A stretch of DNA of 64,000 nucleotides from Bispira polyomma (lineage: Eukaryota): assembly GCA_965649765.1 (NCBI GenBank), contig OZ287758.1:21204001-21268000 (forward strand). The letters run 5' to 3'. A program made the position numbers and the translations under genes. Positions 12,276 to 24,232 of this stretch are shown here, piece by piece. Each line of letters begins with the position of its first letter. Position 1 is the stretch's first letter. The notes below the pieces were generated by a model. It was not told the origin of the DNA and searched no databases. It saw only the letters and a list, made by a program, of their open reading frames with translations.

Positions 12276-15200
12276 GGCTACATGGACAGAGAACTGTTTT
12301 GTTTTGAAAAAGCTGTGGCTCTGCCTGTCTAATATTACTACTCATGGACAAGAACGATTCTCATTTAAGTTACGAAGTTGTTGAAGCTGCCATGAAGGAA
12401 AGGGTCAGTACAAACTTCTCCAAGCACAATATAAGCACTGCACTAAAAATATAGTCTTAAGCATTTGTCATTTTAAATGAACATATGCACCTCATGTTAT
12501 GGCACACTTGCAGAACAAATAATTATTCAACCGATTTGAATGCTAGGCATAAGTTTGTAACGTGCACCCACTAAGTGAAACCGGATTATAAGGTATTTGT
12601 AATTGTATTTACAATGAGACTTCAAAAGCCAAAAACACAGAAAAGATGTTGTGGATTAGCAATGCATGTGCTATTCAATCTTAAACTGGTTATTGAGGGG
12701 CTGTTCTTCCAAGGAGGTTTCGGTTCAATATCACCGGCATCTTTCCTCCAATAATAATGCATAGCTTTGATTCTCACAGGTTTCTTGTTATCTCTAATTA
12801 ATGAAATACTTGCTACAGCTAAGTGGTCTATCTAAGTACCAACATTGCAAATAAAATATGTTAAATGTTACCTAATACCCTAATCATTGAAAAGCTTAAA
12901 TGTTATAACCAAATATTTTAAAATGACTACACCCATCAAATTCTACCTGAAGTAAACAATGACGTTCAATTGAATAATAGATTGTCTTTTTGGGACTGCC
13001 CACCCATACGACTCACATTTTGCAACCCCTTGATGCTAGAGTTTTCATCCATATCAAGAAGAAGTACAACAGTCTTTGCATAGCCACTGGTGCCAGGTCT
13101 GCCCTGGTTAGAATAACAAAGCAGTATTTTCCATCTGCCTGGAATTTAGCATGTAAAGCTGCCCCAAAGACTGTCAGCCAGAGTGCATTTAAGCGCTCAG
13201 GAATATATCTATTCGACCCGACAGCCATTGATGATACTAAACTAAGAAAAAGACAGTATATGTTTTACTGATTTACTTCATACAACTTATTTCCTGGATC
13301 CTGCAATATCATATTAAACATAAACAATTCCCATCCACTATATTGATTTCCAATGCATCCTCATACATATGCATTTAAACATGGCTGACATAGTCACTGG
13401 TACTTTTCATTTTCTTATGTAGTATACTAGTGGCAAGTATTACTTGGATAAACAAGAGACAAATGAAGACTTTAACAGACTTTTGAAGAATACCCTCAAC
13501 TTTTCTCCAATTTATATAGGGTTGTCGAAATTGCAACCCCAAGAAGAAGTTGTGCCTTTGGCTCAAGCGAGTGAAATTAAAGTTCACAGTGCAGCTGCAC
13601 TCACTGATGATGTGCTGTGTGTCAAATGTGGCCAATATCCTCACCTTGTTGCTGCAATTAAAAGTTTGCTGCCACAGTTGCAGTTGGCCTTTTCTGTCCT
13701 GAATAGACACTCAACCGATAATTTGGATATCCCCAAAAAAGCAGGGTCATCTTGAATGGTAGAGTGATAACCTCAACTGAAGTGGCCCAGCAGCTAAAGG
13801 AGCAGCAGACTAAACTGTCTGCTTCCAAATGAACCACAACTCAAAGAAAGGTTTATATTGAAATTTCTTAACTGTACAATTTTCACCTAACCCATGCTTA
13901 TCTTTTCTGTTCAGCAATACCACCAAAACATATCTGTATGTCAATGTAACCTTTTAGGAACAATGATTATAATTAATTTTGTGTGTAGTATTCCCATAGG
14001 CTTAAGTTCTGTTCACCAAAAATTTGTACATGTTGTAGGCCAAGAAAGATATCCCTGCAGCATTGGGTGCTCCTGTAAATGTTGCAGACACACAAACTGA
14101 TGCTTCTGCCGCCTCTTCAGAAGTCAAATTACGACAATCCAGAAGGATAAAAGTAATATATTTTATCTGCATTTCAAATTACCATGCATACACTAATGAC
14201 TAGGAGAAACATATTTTCTCCACTAGAATTAGTTTTTAGTAGCACTGGCACCCATAAACAATAATCCAACAATGATAGTTCATGATTCTTTGGAAAGTGA
14301 AAGTCTTAAATATTGAGTTATGATAAACTGAAATTTTTTATTTCTTCACCATGTAGTGTACAATGTCATAAGTAAGATTTTCATATATGTCGAGCATTGG
14401 GATATCCAATATTTGTACGTGTAATTTTCTCAATAGAGTAAAGGTGTGTCGAAATGGAAAGCAACCAGACCATCTGCTTTTATGGTGGATAAGTTTGCAG
14501 AGGACCAATCCTTACAGACTGAATCTTCTTGAAAAGTAATATATAACTTATTTAGCCTCGTTAGTTTTTTACCCTTGCTCAGGTGACACAAGCAATGTCA
14601 TAAGATACATTAATATTGACACTAGTAGTTTTTCTTTTGGAAGACTTCGCAGTATTTTTAATAATGCAAAATTGTCTATTCTTTTTGTCCACCAATGAAC
14701 TAGCTACTTGACATGACAGAGGTGTCTTCGAATATTGTGGTCCAACCAAACGCAAATTATTTTTATGTTATGACAAAATTAAATTTAGCCATTAGTCTTT
14801 GAATGTAATTATGCCTATAAGATGAAATGTTTCTTTGTTAATGTCGATTGGAGTGTGTATATTTGGTTAACACTGTCATTCCTCCATTGGCTTTTGTAGA
14901 AGAGAGGAACCCGTAGCCAGAGAACAACCAAAACCATATCTCAGCCAGAACATACACCCAAACATTCTCAGGCAAATATATATAAATATGTAAAGTAACA
15001 ATCTCCACCCAAACTGTTGATGCATTAAAAATTGTTGTACATTAAACCTTGAAACAATATTCATGTAGTTCTGTATTAATAAGCAGTTCTTTATTGATAA
15101 ACCACAAATTACATTTACAGCTACATGTTTGGCATGGTTGTTATGTTTTAGGAAGCATTTGACTGTGATTGCTGTCAGAAATGTGGGTTATCTGAACCAA

Positions 15201-15318
15201 TTGGATGCAACAGCACAGTGAATTGGGTGCAGTGTGACATTTGTGACAATTGCTCCCACTTTGTTGGGTTCAACAATGAATCTGATGGAAGGTATGCCTG
15301 CTGCAGATTTTCACTTTG
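12262..15318 (+). pseudogene. pogo/Tigger (DDE_1) transposase, C-terminal half with PHD finger; multi-exon, degraded
   Basis: PGYMDRELF..LLLMDKNDSHLSYEVV (12270-12400); LGLPTHTTHILQPLDARVF..SAFKRSGIYLFDP (12982-13250); terminal exon CQKCG..NWVQCDICDNCSH..YACCR (15151-15318). Confidence 0.85.
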
Positions 15319-16071
15319 ACATTTTTTAATTGAGTGGGGTTCGTCAGCCAGTGAAGAAATAAATACATTTAGCATAATTCTGTTGTTGCTCTGTTGAATT
15401 TTCAAAACTATCTCTGTGCTCGGAAGTTAGTTTTAATAAAGGTAAGCCATGACAAAACAAAATATACACCTTTTGGCATTTATTCATTACAACTTCTTCA
15501 TTACATTCTTGCAGTAAACAATAAAGTGACATGTGTTTCTCATGTCTACTTATGCCATTGTAGTAATAGTGTACAATTTTTGAATTTATGGTAGATGTAT
15601 TGGGTAAGTACCTTGTATTGGTCATCGTAAGGTTTTATATTCATCTCTATATATTATCAATGAAATATGTCATTTAAGCGATAATATAAGGTTATCTGCA
15701 ATTAAAAAAAAATTGGTATACTGATAATTTTGGCGTATGTTAATTCATATTATCTCATTAATACAAAAATTTTTAAATCTAGCTGTGCTGTGTAACTTCA
15801 ATTAATCCATCAGACTAGGCCCATACTGTGACGGTAGGCAGTAGAAATATTAAATATATTGTTTTTACTTTTGTCATTAGGCTAAACCCAGTGATCAAAC
15901 TCTGATCCTATTTATGGCCAAGTGACGTAAATTTTTCATTAATACAATGCTTGCATTTTTATGCACTACTGGTCGGCCAGTGAATTTCGCCACCCAGCAG
16001 ATTTTGCCATGTCTTTTGTTTACATCGAAAGTTATCAAGTTTTGATACGGTACGCTTGAATCCAAGCAAAA

Positions 16072-16457
16072 AGCAAGGCAAAAAGTGATATGAATAACAC
16101 AGTAATAACAACACCAGTATAATAGTCATTGGGCATTTAATGAATGTCTAATCTAACATTAAGTATTAGTGTGTTATACATTTACTATTTACACTATGAA
16201 GAAGGGTGATCAAGTCTTAAGTTAAGGTCACCCCATTTAATTTAAGTTAACCTTAACTATAAATAAGATGAGCGACTTAAGGTCACCTTAAGTAAAGGTT
16301 CTTTTACTTTAAGTTTAAACTTAAACAAAGGTTAACTTAAATATTTTAGTTTAAGGTTACCTTAATGTAACCCATTCAAGTTTAAAGTTCACAATTAACT
16401 TTAAGTATGCAATATATATTAATAACTGTAGTTGAAATATATATATTAAATTGCCCA
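16072..16457 (-). repeat. DIRS split direct repeat B2
   Basis: Matches 17242-17631 apart from about 5 substitutions and a 4-bp indel. Confidence 0.95.
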
Positions 16458-17007
16458 TTAAAAGCACTAATAAACATAAAAGAATTGTGATAATAATCAG
16501 ACAACAAGATAATAAAAGAGACTTATTAAAGCAACTTAAAAGAGAGCAGAGACGAAAACGTCATGTAAAGATTTGTCAAATACATAGTACAAGCAGTGTT
16601 ACTGGGATACGTTACATATATACTAAAATCATTTAAATATTTGTTACTGGAGTAGATAACTTCAATGCCCCGAGACCCGGAACTGAGTCTCCCCTTAACT
16701 CTTAACATGAAATAGCTCACTCAATCTTGAGGCGTGTCTTTGTACAGGTCAACAAATAATGTCCATTACTTGTAATTGTTCATTTAGTATTGCTTATATG
16801 TGAACTCCAGGTTTTAACACTGCAAACTCCATGAGTGCCACATACGCCCCTTGGGTCGTTGTTAAATGGCATCAGTCTCTCTCTTTTGTCTCTCTATGTC
16901 AGATTCCCTCAAAATATACACAAAGTTTCACAATTTGAGATACATGCAACATTGCAATATACACATACATATTATTTAACTTAACATTACAGGGTGAGGA
17001 GGGTGGG

Positions 17008-17221
17008 CTTTGAAGGACTGCTCCCAGCAAACACTTATTGACAACTGAGGTTGGGGCGCTCCACTGCTGGTTTTCCCGCCCATACTTCTTGACACTTGAA
17101 CAGTGAGTGGGGGAGTCCATTATGAAGCCTAGGGAAAGAAGTGGGGGGTTTAGGTTTAAGTGGATTTAAATGTGGCAGCCACTTCTGACTGACATCAAGT
17201 GCTGGCGCCCCTTGTACACCA
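17008..17221 (-). repeat. DIRS split direct repeat A2
   Basis: Identical to 22502-22716 except one G in a G-run. Confidence 0.95.
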
Positions 17222-17241
17222 GTCAACAGGGCAAGCCCCAG

Positions 17242-17631
17242 AGCAAGGCAAAAAGTGATATGAATAACACAGTAATAACAACACCAGTATAATAGTCATT
17301 GGGCATTTAATAAATGTCTAATCTAACATTAAGTATTAGTGTGTTATACATTTACTAACTATTTACACTATGAAGAAGGGTGACCAAGTCTTAAGTTAAG
17401 ATCACCCCATTTAATTTAAGTTAACCTTAACTATAAATAAGATGGGCGACTTAAGGTCACCTTAAGTAAAGGTTCTTTTACTTTAAGTTTAAACTTAAAC
17501 AAAGGTTAACTTAAATATTTTAGTTTAAGGTTACCTTAATGTAACCCATTCAAGTTTAAAGTTTACAATTAACTTTAAGTATGCAATATATATTAATAAC
17601 TGTAGTTGAAATATATATATTAAATTGCCCA
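17242..17631 (-). repeat. DIRS split direct repeat B1
   Basis: Direct copy of 16072-16457, beginning just after the YR stop codon. Confidence 0.95.
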
Positions 17632-17648
17632 AACACCATACTGTAAAC

Positions 17649-18571
17649 CTAGTGTTGTATTATATTTTGTAGAGATTTGGCTACAGTGGAGGAAGCGTTG
17701 GGAGTAAACTGGAGATAAGACCATACAGCGGATGATCTCCAGCCCCCATGGGCCATAATGGCTTGGAGTTCCACATTATTGTCAAAGGCCAGGGTCACAC
17801 CCGAGCGACGGAAGGAATGGAACCCAAAGACTGAGGGTTGAGAGACATTGACACAATTATTTCCCTCAGAACTCGCCTGACTTTATAAGCAGTCAACGGC
17901 ACTAACTGCCTATTGACTTTACACATAAATACTGGAGACTCATCTTGGTTTTTATTTTTTGCAAACATATACCTTAATGCAGAAATAGGGCACAAATCCG
18001 ACTTTCCCAATGTCGGCAGCTGGACCACGTGGTACTGGTTGCACTTCTGCAAATTTTTAGCCCACCTGAGTACTATGTGTACTCCAGGTGAACCCCACAC
18101 AAAATCCTGGCAAGTGAGATGTCTCTCAGGATTGAATTGAGTAATACTAGTTGGGACTAGATTAGATAGACGGAAAAATCCGAAAAAAGCAGTGAGAAAC
18201 AAAGCTTTGTAGACATATGTATGGGGAAATGCAGAAGAGTGGTGAATGATGGAAGTAAGGATAGGAAGAGTAATTATGCCCTTCAATCGAGGTGCATAAG
18301 GGGTAGATAGAGAGAGGGATTTGAGAAACAATTTTATTTGAGGGTGAGAGAAGTTTTGAATAGGCAGAAGCCAAAGGTGAAAGTGGTATTTAATGGTTGA
18401 AAGGTAATTTTGAATAGAAGGAGGTTTGAGGCCTTGCTGTGCTAGATACTCCACAAATTGCAACAAGAAATGAAGAGAAGAGATCTCAACTTCCCCAAGG
18501 AATATGGCAAATGCCAGAAACAATCTAATACATTTGGAGTAAGCCTTTTGTGTTTTGTCAGTAAAGGCCAT
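17649..18571 (-). pseudogene. DIRS tyrosine recombinase (one frameshift near 17820)
   Basis: AFFGFFRLSNL (R), LRWAKN (K), then in the shifted frame FHSFRRSG..AIMAHGGWRSSAVWSY (H-R-W-Y catalytic residues); stop at 17649. Confidence 0.92.
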
Positions 18572-18634
18572 TTCTAACCGAGAATGTGCTGCATTGGTTA
18601 GGAAATTTTTCAGTGGTGAACCTGAAATAGTAAA

Positions 18635-20906
18635 TTACAATGAATTGTTTAATACAAAATGACTTTTGGTGACCACCCACCATTTCTTTTTAGCTAATTC
18701 ATCATGCACTAATACATTTTTCTGCCCTGGTAGGAGCATACGCGACAAATAATCAGCCTGTACATTTTTAACTCCAGGTATGTGGACTATGTCAAGTTTA
18801 ATATTGTTTTTTGCCGTTTCAAGCCAAATTGATCTTGCCATGACCCCTAGCCCCTGATCATGAAACCTACCGGAGTTAAGTCCCGCAACGAATGCACCAT
18901 TGTCGCACCACAACTTTACTGTAGAGTTTTTAAAACAATGACCCCACATACATAAAGCCACTAATACGTTCCACATTTCATAATGCACTATTCCAAATGT
19001 TTCAGGTTTTTCAGATGGGAGAGCAGCAGCATATACATTACTGCCCCATACTCCCCAATGCCCACCAGGGATGCATCCACAAATAACTCATGTACAGGTT
19101 CACTTTTAAGGTGCATTTCCACCACCCCGTTGAAACTCGACAGAATTTTGACTTTTTGAGAAATTTGAGGATTATTCTTTTACTGGGGTAGGTTTCTCTC
19201 AGTAATTTTAACATTCGGTTTAAAAACAAACGAGCTGGAATGATGCATCTGTGAACGTATAACAGTTTACCCAGAATTGACTGAAGTTCCCTTCTGGAAC
19301 ATTGGGTTTTATTTCTCCATTGTTTACACATAGTTTTAATTTGATCAAGCTTTTCTTCAGGAATTTTGAGAGTACCTTTGTTTGCATTCACCAGTATGCC
19401 CATACATACCACCTCCTCTGCTGGGGGAAATACCTTTTTGGGGTTTATGGGTAGACCGAGATACTCAATCAGACTGTATAATTGATCAAAAGATTCATGG
19501 GCTTTTTCACTTGATCGATCAGATCAACCAGATCGTCTATATAGTTCCATATATGATATTGTTTCCTACTCATGAGGCGGCGTATACTGTCAGTCATCCG
19601 TTCACAAACAGCCGTGCCGTGCTTATAACCCATCATCACTGCTAAATCAATATAAGTAAGATCTCTCCAACGCAAGCCTGTGTACTTATAATCTCCTGGG
19701 TCAATGCGCAGGTTTCGAAATGCGTGGGAGAGATCAAGCTTGTATAACTTAGCAGTGGGGCCAATTTCGTTTATGCGATCAACCAATATATCTATTGTGG
19801 GAAGTGTTAAAACGAAGTCTTGCCCATCATACACACCCTCTGTAACTACACTATTAACAGATGTTTTATCATGTAGCCATGAGAGGTCAACAATTAGTCG
19901 CCTGGTATTGTCATCTTTAGGTCTGGTCAGTACAGGTGAGCAGTGCAACTGCTTGTAAGGATTTGTATTAAAAGGACCTGCAATTGCTTTGTGCAGACGT
20001 TCAGTTACAAAATACTTGTCCACACTGCAATGCACTATCATGATTGGTTACACTATTATTAAAAACAAAACCCTCAGTTTTCATATGTAGGGGAAATCCG
20101 AATTCCAAATATTCAGGTAACAGGATATCCCCATCCTCTTTTAATACTTGTCGCCATGCTTTGATGTTCAATTCAGAAGGGACAGGTATACGTGCCCCCA
20201 AGTAATTAGGGCACCCCAATTTGGTAACTTCTTCATGGGCTTTCACAGCCCACTCCTCAAGTGAGTTGAATTCTACATTGTTTCTGGCAATAGGAATTTC
20301 TCCAACGTGTTTATATATGCACATAAAACCAAAGTTGTCCCTTGATTTAACACCTAGACCTTTCATTCTACCTTTGCCTTTCAAGGGATTAGTGCTAGCA
20401 ATTGCCTCACACTTTGAACTGTCATTAAGGGGTTCGCCCTGATTGTTAGGTTTGCTAACACACAACTGATTTGACACCTTTGGGGTGTGACAAAGGGGTT
20501 TGCCCTGAATAGATTTTGATTGAAAAGGAGGGGGGGAAACCACCCCACCTTTTTCCTTGTGAAAGGGTTCTCCACCCTTTCCACTCTCAAACCTTTCACT
20601 ACTCGTACTGGGAGTGTCAACTTGTTTACCACAAGACCTGTCACTTTGTTTAACAATGTTTTTGTTTACACACTTCACACTTATATTGTTATCAACATTT
20701 CGCGGGACCCCCACTGTAATAACATTTGTACACACAGATTTCCCGCCCTTTTTACCAGGAGGGAAGCCTCCCACACAGGCCTTAATTACACTGGTTTTGC
20801 CGCCCTTTTTACAAGGGGGAAAAACAACATTATTTACATTGTCATTTGTTCTACTTTCTACTACTTTTTGCTTATGCTTCGTGCACACTTTGTGTGGTTC
20901 ACCCAC
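18635..20906 (-). pseudogene. DIRS reverse transcriptase / RNase H (frameshifted)
   Basis: LEFGFPL, CSPVLTRPK..RRLIVDLS, LYKLDLSHAFRNL, MGYKHG..CER, WNYIDD, ELQSILGKL, VKLWCDN..HIPGVKNVQADYLSR across four ORF pieces. Confidence 0.93.
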
Positions 20907-21065
20907 AGCACTAAAATTGCTAATGTCTCTATGAATATGATATTTCTCAACACTTCTTCCACTACAACTTTGAACACTATCTACATTAACACTATCCTTA
21001 CTCTTAAAAACTCGTTCTTTTAGGTCATAACTACTGTTCTAAATCACCCTTGAAACTACTGGCTG

Positions 21066-22340
21066 TCAGTTGTTAGAACCCTTGTGGAAATCTTTGGAGT
21101 AACTACTCCCCTTACACTGAGTCTCCCTGTGGAGCTGGATACGTTTGTCCTTAGTGTAACTCTTAGCACACGCATGTTTCAAGGTCAAATTGCCAAATAT
21201 ATGGTCATCACTCTGGCTGCAAGTGCCTTTGTTATAGGCATTGCACATAACTATGTTTCCTTTACTGCTATTTTTTGAGTGAGTAGCACCCTTTTGAGAA
21301 CAGATTGATTATTGTCCTTAAGAGTACGCTGAGTCAACCTGGCACGCAATTCATGTATTTCACTAAGATTATCCCAACTGATTTTGCCTTTTTCCATCTC
21401 AAGCAATAACTGACAGTGTGCACTTTTTACCGTGTACCAGGGTGTTTCAAGTGCATCTCTCATGAGCTGCATCCCGTATTTTAACATGTTATCACGAATT
21501 TTGGCATTTTTCTCTTCATACACACAACCCATATACCCCTGAAACCACATGAGGGGGGTTAATTCCTAATAAGCAGGCTGTTTTTTACCAGCAATATTGT
21601 AACACAACTCATGGGGCCAATTAATTACGTGTTTTACATGATACTCAGATGTTCTTTGTAACGCAGATTTAAGTCTCTTACCATGTTCTGGTGAACGATA
21701 CAGCTGAGATTTGTGACGTCGCAGTCTCTGGTCAACCTGAGCCTGGATCTGCTCATTGGTCTTTAGGAAGTGCTGACTTGGTAGGTAGAATGGTGTCTTC
21801 CAGATCAGAGTCGTCTTGCTGCCAGGCATAATGTGGCTTGTGATGAGATTTTTTCTGCCTCCTACTCTGTGGCACATAATCAATATAAACACCACTGTCC
21901 TCCGAAGTGTCCTGATGATAGCCACGACGTGGAGGGGAACTGTGTGAGGGAACTTTCACTGATTCTGCTTTTTTCCCTTTTTTAACTTCACACATATCAC
22001 TTTCCAGTCTATTAAGTTTATCCAATAGAAGGTCCAAGGTACTGCTCTGCTCCTTTCCCTCTTCGGCAACGTCCTGCCTGGCTTCGTATAACAAATTGTC
22101 TTTCTTCTTAGACTTGCCTGGTCTCACTGGTGTCTCTGGTTCTGCCTGGGGCTGAGCTCGCTTTTGTGCATGCATCGTGGGGCCATTATCTTCCCCTGAG
22201 TCCAAAGCACACAATCTTCCAACGGGCCTCGGGTGGATCACTTGACATCTCTTGCAGTATCCTTTTTTGATAGGCGTTTTTATATATATCCACTCTACAA
22301 ATAGTCTGAGTAAAATCCGTGATTTCTGTAACAATAACAC
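21066..22340 (-). pseudogene. DIRS gag-like ORF1 (broken)
   Basis: N-terminal CKRCQVIHPRPVGRLC, central WPHE..WFQGY..W, C-terminal CNAYNKGTC..H..KHACAK knuckle; split by frameshifts and a stop. Confidence 0.8.
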
Positions 22341-22501
22341 TTCGAATTCTGCAGGTTATGCTTGTAAAATTAGGTACGTATATTTTAAAATGATAAAAAA
22401 ATAAAACTTCTGAGAATTGAACACGCGTGGATAATTGAAGGTTATACATCCCCTAATAAGAGGCTAAAAAAGCCATGACAAGCATAAATTGCAGATTTCC
22501 A

Positions 22502-22716
22502 CTTTGAAGGACTGCTCCCAGCAAACACTTATTGACAACTGAGGTTGGGGCGCTCCACTGCTGGTTTTCCCGCCCATACTTCTTGACACTTGAACAGTGA
22601 GTGGGGGAGTCCATTATGAAGCCTAGGGAAAGAAGTGGGGGGGTTTAGGTTTAAGTGGATTTAAATGTGGCAGCCACTTCTGACTGACATCAAGTGCTGG
22701 CGCCCCTTGTACACCA
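22502..22716 (-). repeat. DIRS split direct repeat A1 (element 5' end)
   Basis: Direct copy of 17008-17221. Confidence 0.95.
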
Positions 22717-22749
22717 CGTAACTTTGATACCAGCAAAATCATTAAAGAA

Positions 22750-24212
22750 ATGTCTTCAAGAAAAGGTAAGGTTACACAACACAGAGGTACATTTATTTAC
22801 TGTGATGAATGAAAATAATATTACCATTTACAGTAAATAATGGTGTAGAGAAATGTTTCTGCTCAACATGTCTCACACACTTGCATGATTTACCTTGATA
22901 CTTGTGACCCGTAATAAGTATGCAGCTTGTTGAAATTAATGTAAAACAAGGTGCATCAAACAAAAGGCCTACTTAATATGAGAATGTAGTGATCATGCAT
23001 TAATTCATATATTATTGCCTTTAGACTAATTATGAAATATTAGGAACTAAGCATTAATAAGCAACAGTATAATTTGAAATATAGTTTGAGTTACTTAACT
23101 GAACTGCTGCAAAAATAACAGCAAGGTAAATTTTCAAACAGCATCAAAGTTGTTGGGAATTTGGCCAGATGTTTTGTTCGTAGTAGCACCTAATGTGACA
23201 TTGCACAAAAAAATTACCACCAAAGAATCACAGCTTTCTGTTTGTACTCATTGTGATACATGTCAATATTTAATGTAGAAAAGACGCATGGGATATATGG
23301 GGACCATGACTTAATAGAAGCTGTTGAGGAAGTAAAAGCAGGATCAAGCATCTCACGAGCCGCCAAGAACCACAATGTTCCCAGAAAAGCATAAAACAAA
23401 AAGTGAGAAAGTTTTGTCTGTTAAAAACGGAGCACCAACCATGTTAACCAACAAGGAACAGGCAGCTCTTGTTGAATATATGCTACACATGTGTGACAGA
23501 GGGATGCTTCTCAGAAGGATTGACCTTCGAGTCACTGTGTCTGTAAGTAAAAATGACACAAAATTTAAAGGATGCACACTGGTTCTTCTATAATAGCACC
23601 AAATGTAAAATTGTATTTTTAATGCAAATCTTAACTTTGGTCAAATTCTAGAAACTTCTCAAAGTTTCAGGAAGTAGCAGGCAGCTAAAATGCCTCTTTA
23701 ATATTTCACGAGGCCCATCAAATGAATGGTTTGGGAAATTCAAACAAAGACATCCTGAGATTTCTTGGAGGGTGCCTTAAACCATAAAATCTGTCAGACT
23801 GTCACAAGCTAGTGAATTCGTAATGGATGACTTTTTAAAAAAATATGGTAATAAAACATCATTTTGTCACAGAATTGAGTGTTACAATTTTTTGTATAAT
23901 AGTTTAAATTGCAAGTCAAAAGTTACAACTAAAGTTGATAATGCCCAATTTAACTCCTGATATTGCCCAATTTAACTCCTGATATACCAATATGAAATTG
24001 TCACATTTGCACTGAAAATATTACTGCACATTACAATAGTTTCTCTGCAAATATATGTAATATTGTTGATTGCACAGAGAGTCTGCTAAACCATCAACAA
24101 CTACAACATAAACGGGCACAATTATTTAACTGTGACAAGACAGAGATAGCCAGTAAGGTGACAACAAGATGCAAAGCATTCGGCAGGAAGGGTTCATCAG
24201 TGTACCAAAAAG
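22750..24212 (+). pseudogene. pogo/Tigger transposase N-terminal half (HTH_psq, CENP-B HTH, first catalytic Asp); 4 exons
   Basis: Exons 22750-22765 (MSSRK|gtaag), 23279-23542 (DLIEAVEEVKAGSSISRAAKNHNVPRK..GAPTMLTNKEQAALVEY), 23652-23847 (GPSNEWFGKFKQRHPEIS), 24078-24212 (QLFNCDKTE); canonical splice sites; stops present. Confidence 0.88.
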
Positions 24213-24232
24213 GTTATAAACTGTTCACTTAA

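Larger units (their letters stand above)
16072..22716 (-). mobile_element. DIRS-order tyrosine-recombinase retrotransposon with split direct repeats (PAT/Ngaro-type A1-ORFs-B1-A2-B2)
   Basis: gag, RT/RNaseH and YR ORFs on the minus strand; A1 22502-22716 = A2 17008-17221; B1 17242-17631 = B2 16072-16457; no TSD seen. Confidence 0.95.

Noticed and set aside
19382-21278. Plus-strand ORFs up to 167 aa inside the DIRS element
   Set aside because: Antisense shadows of gag and RT with no recognisable motifs
16072-22716. LTR retrotransposon interpretation
   Set aside because: No integrase, protease, PBS or TSD; a tyrosine recombinase and A-B-A-B repeats define a DIRS-order element
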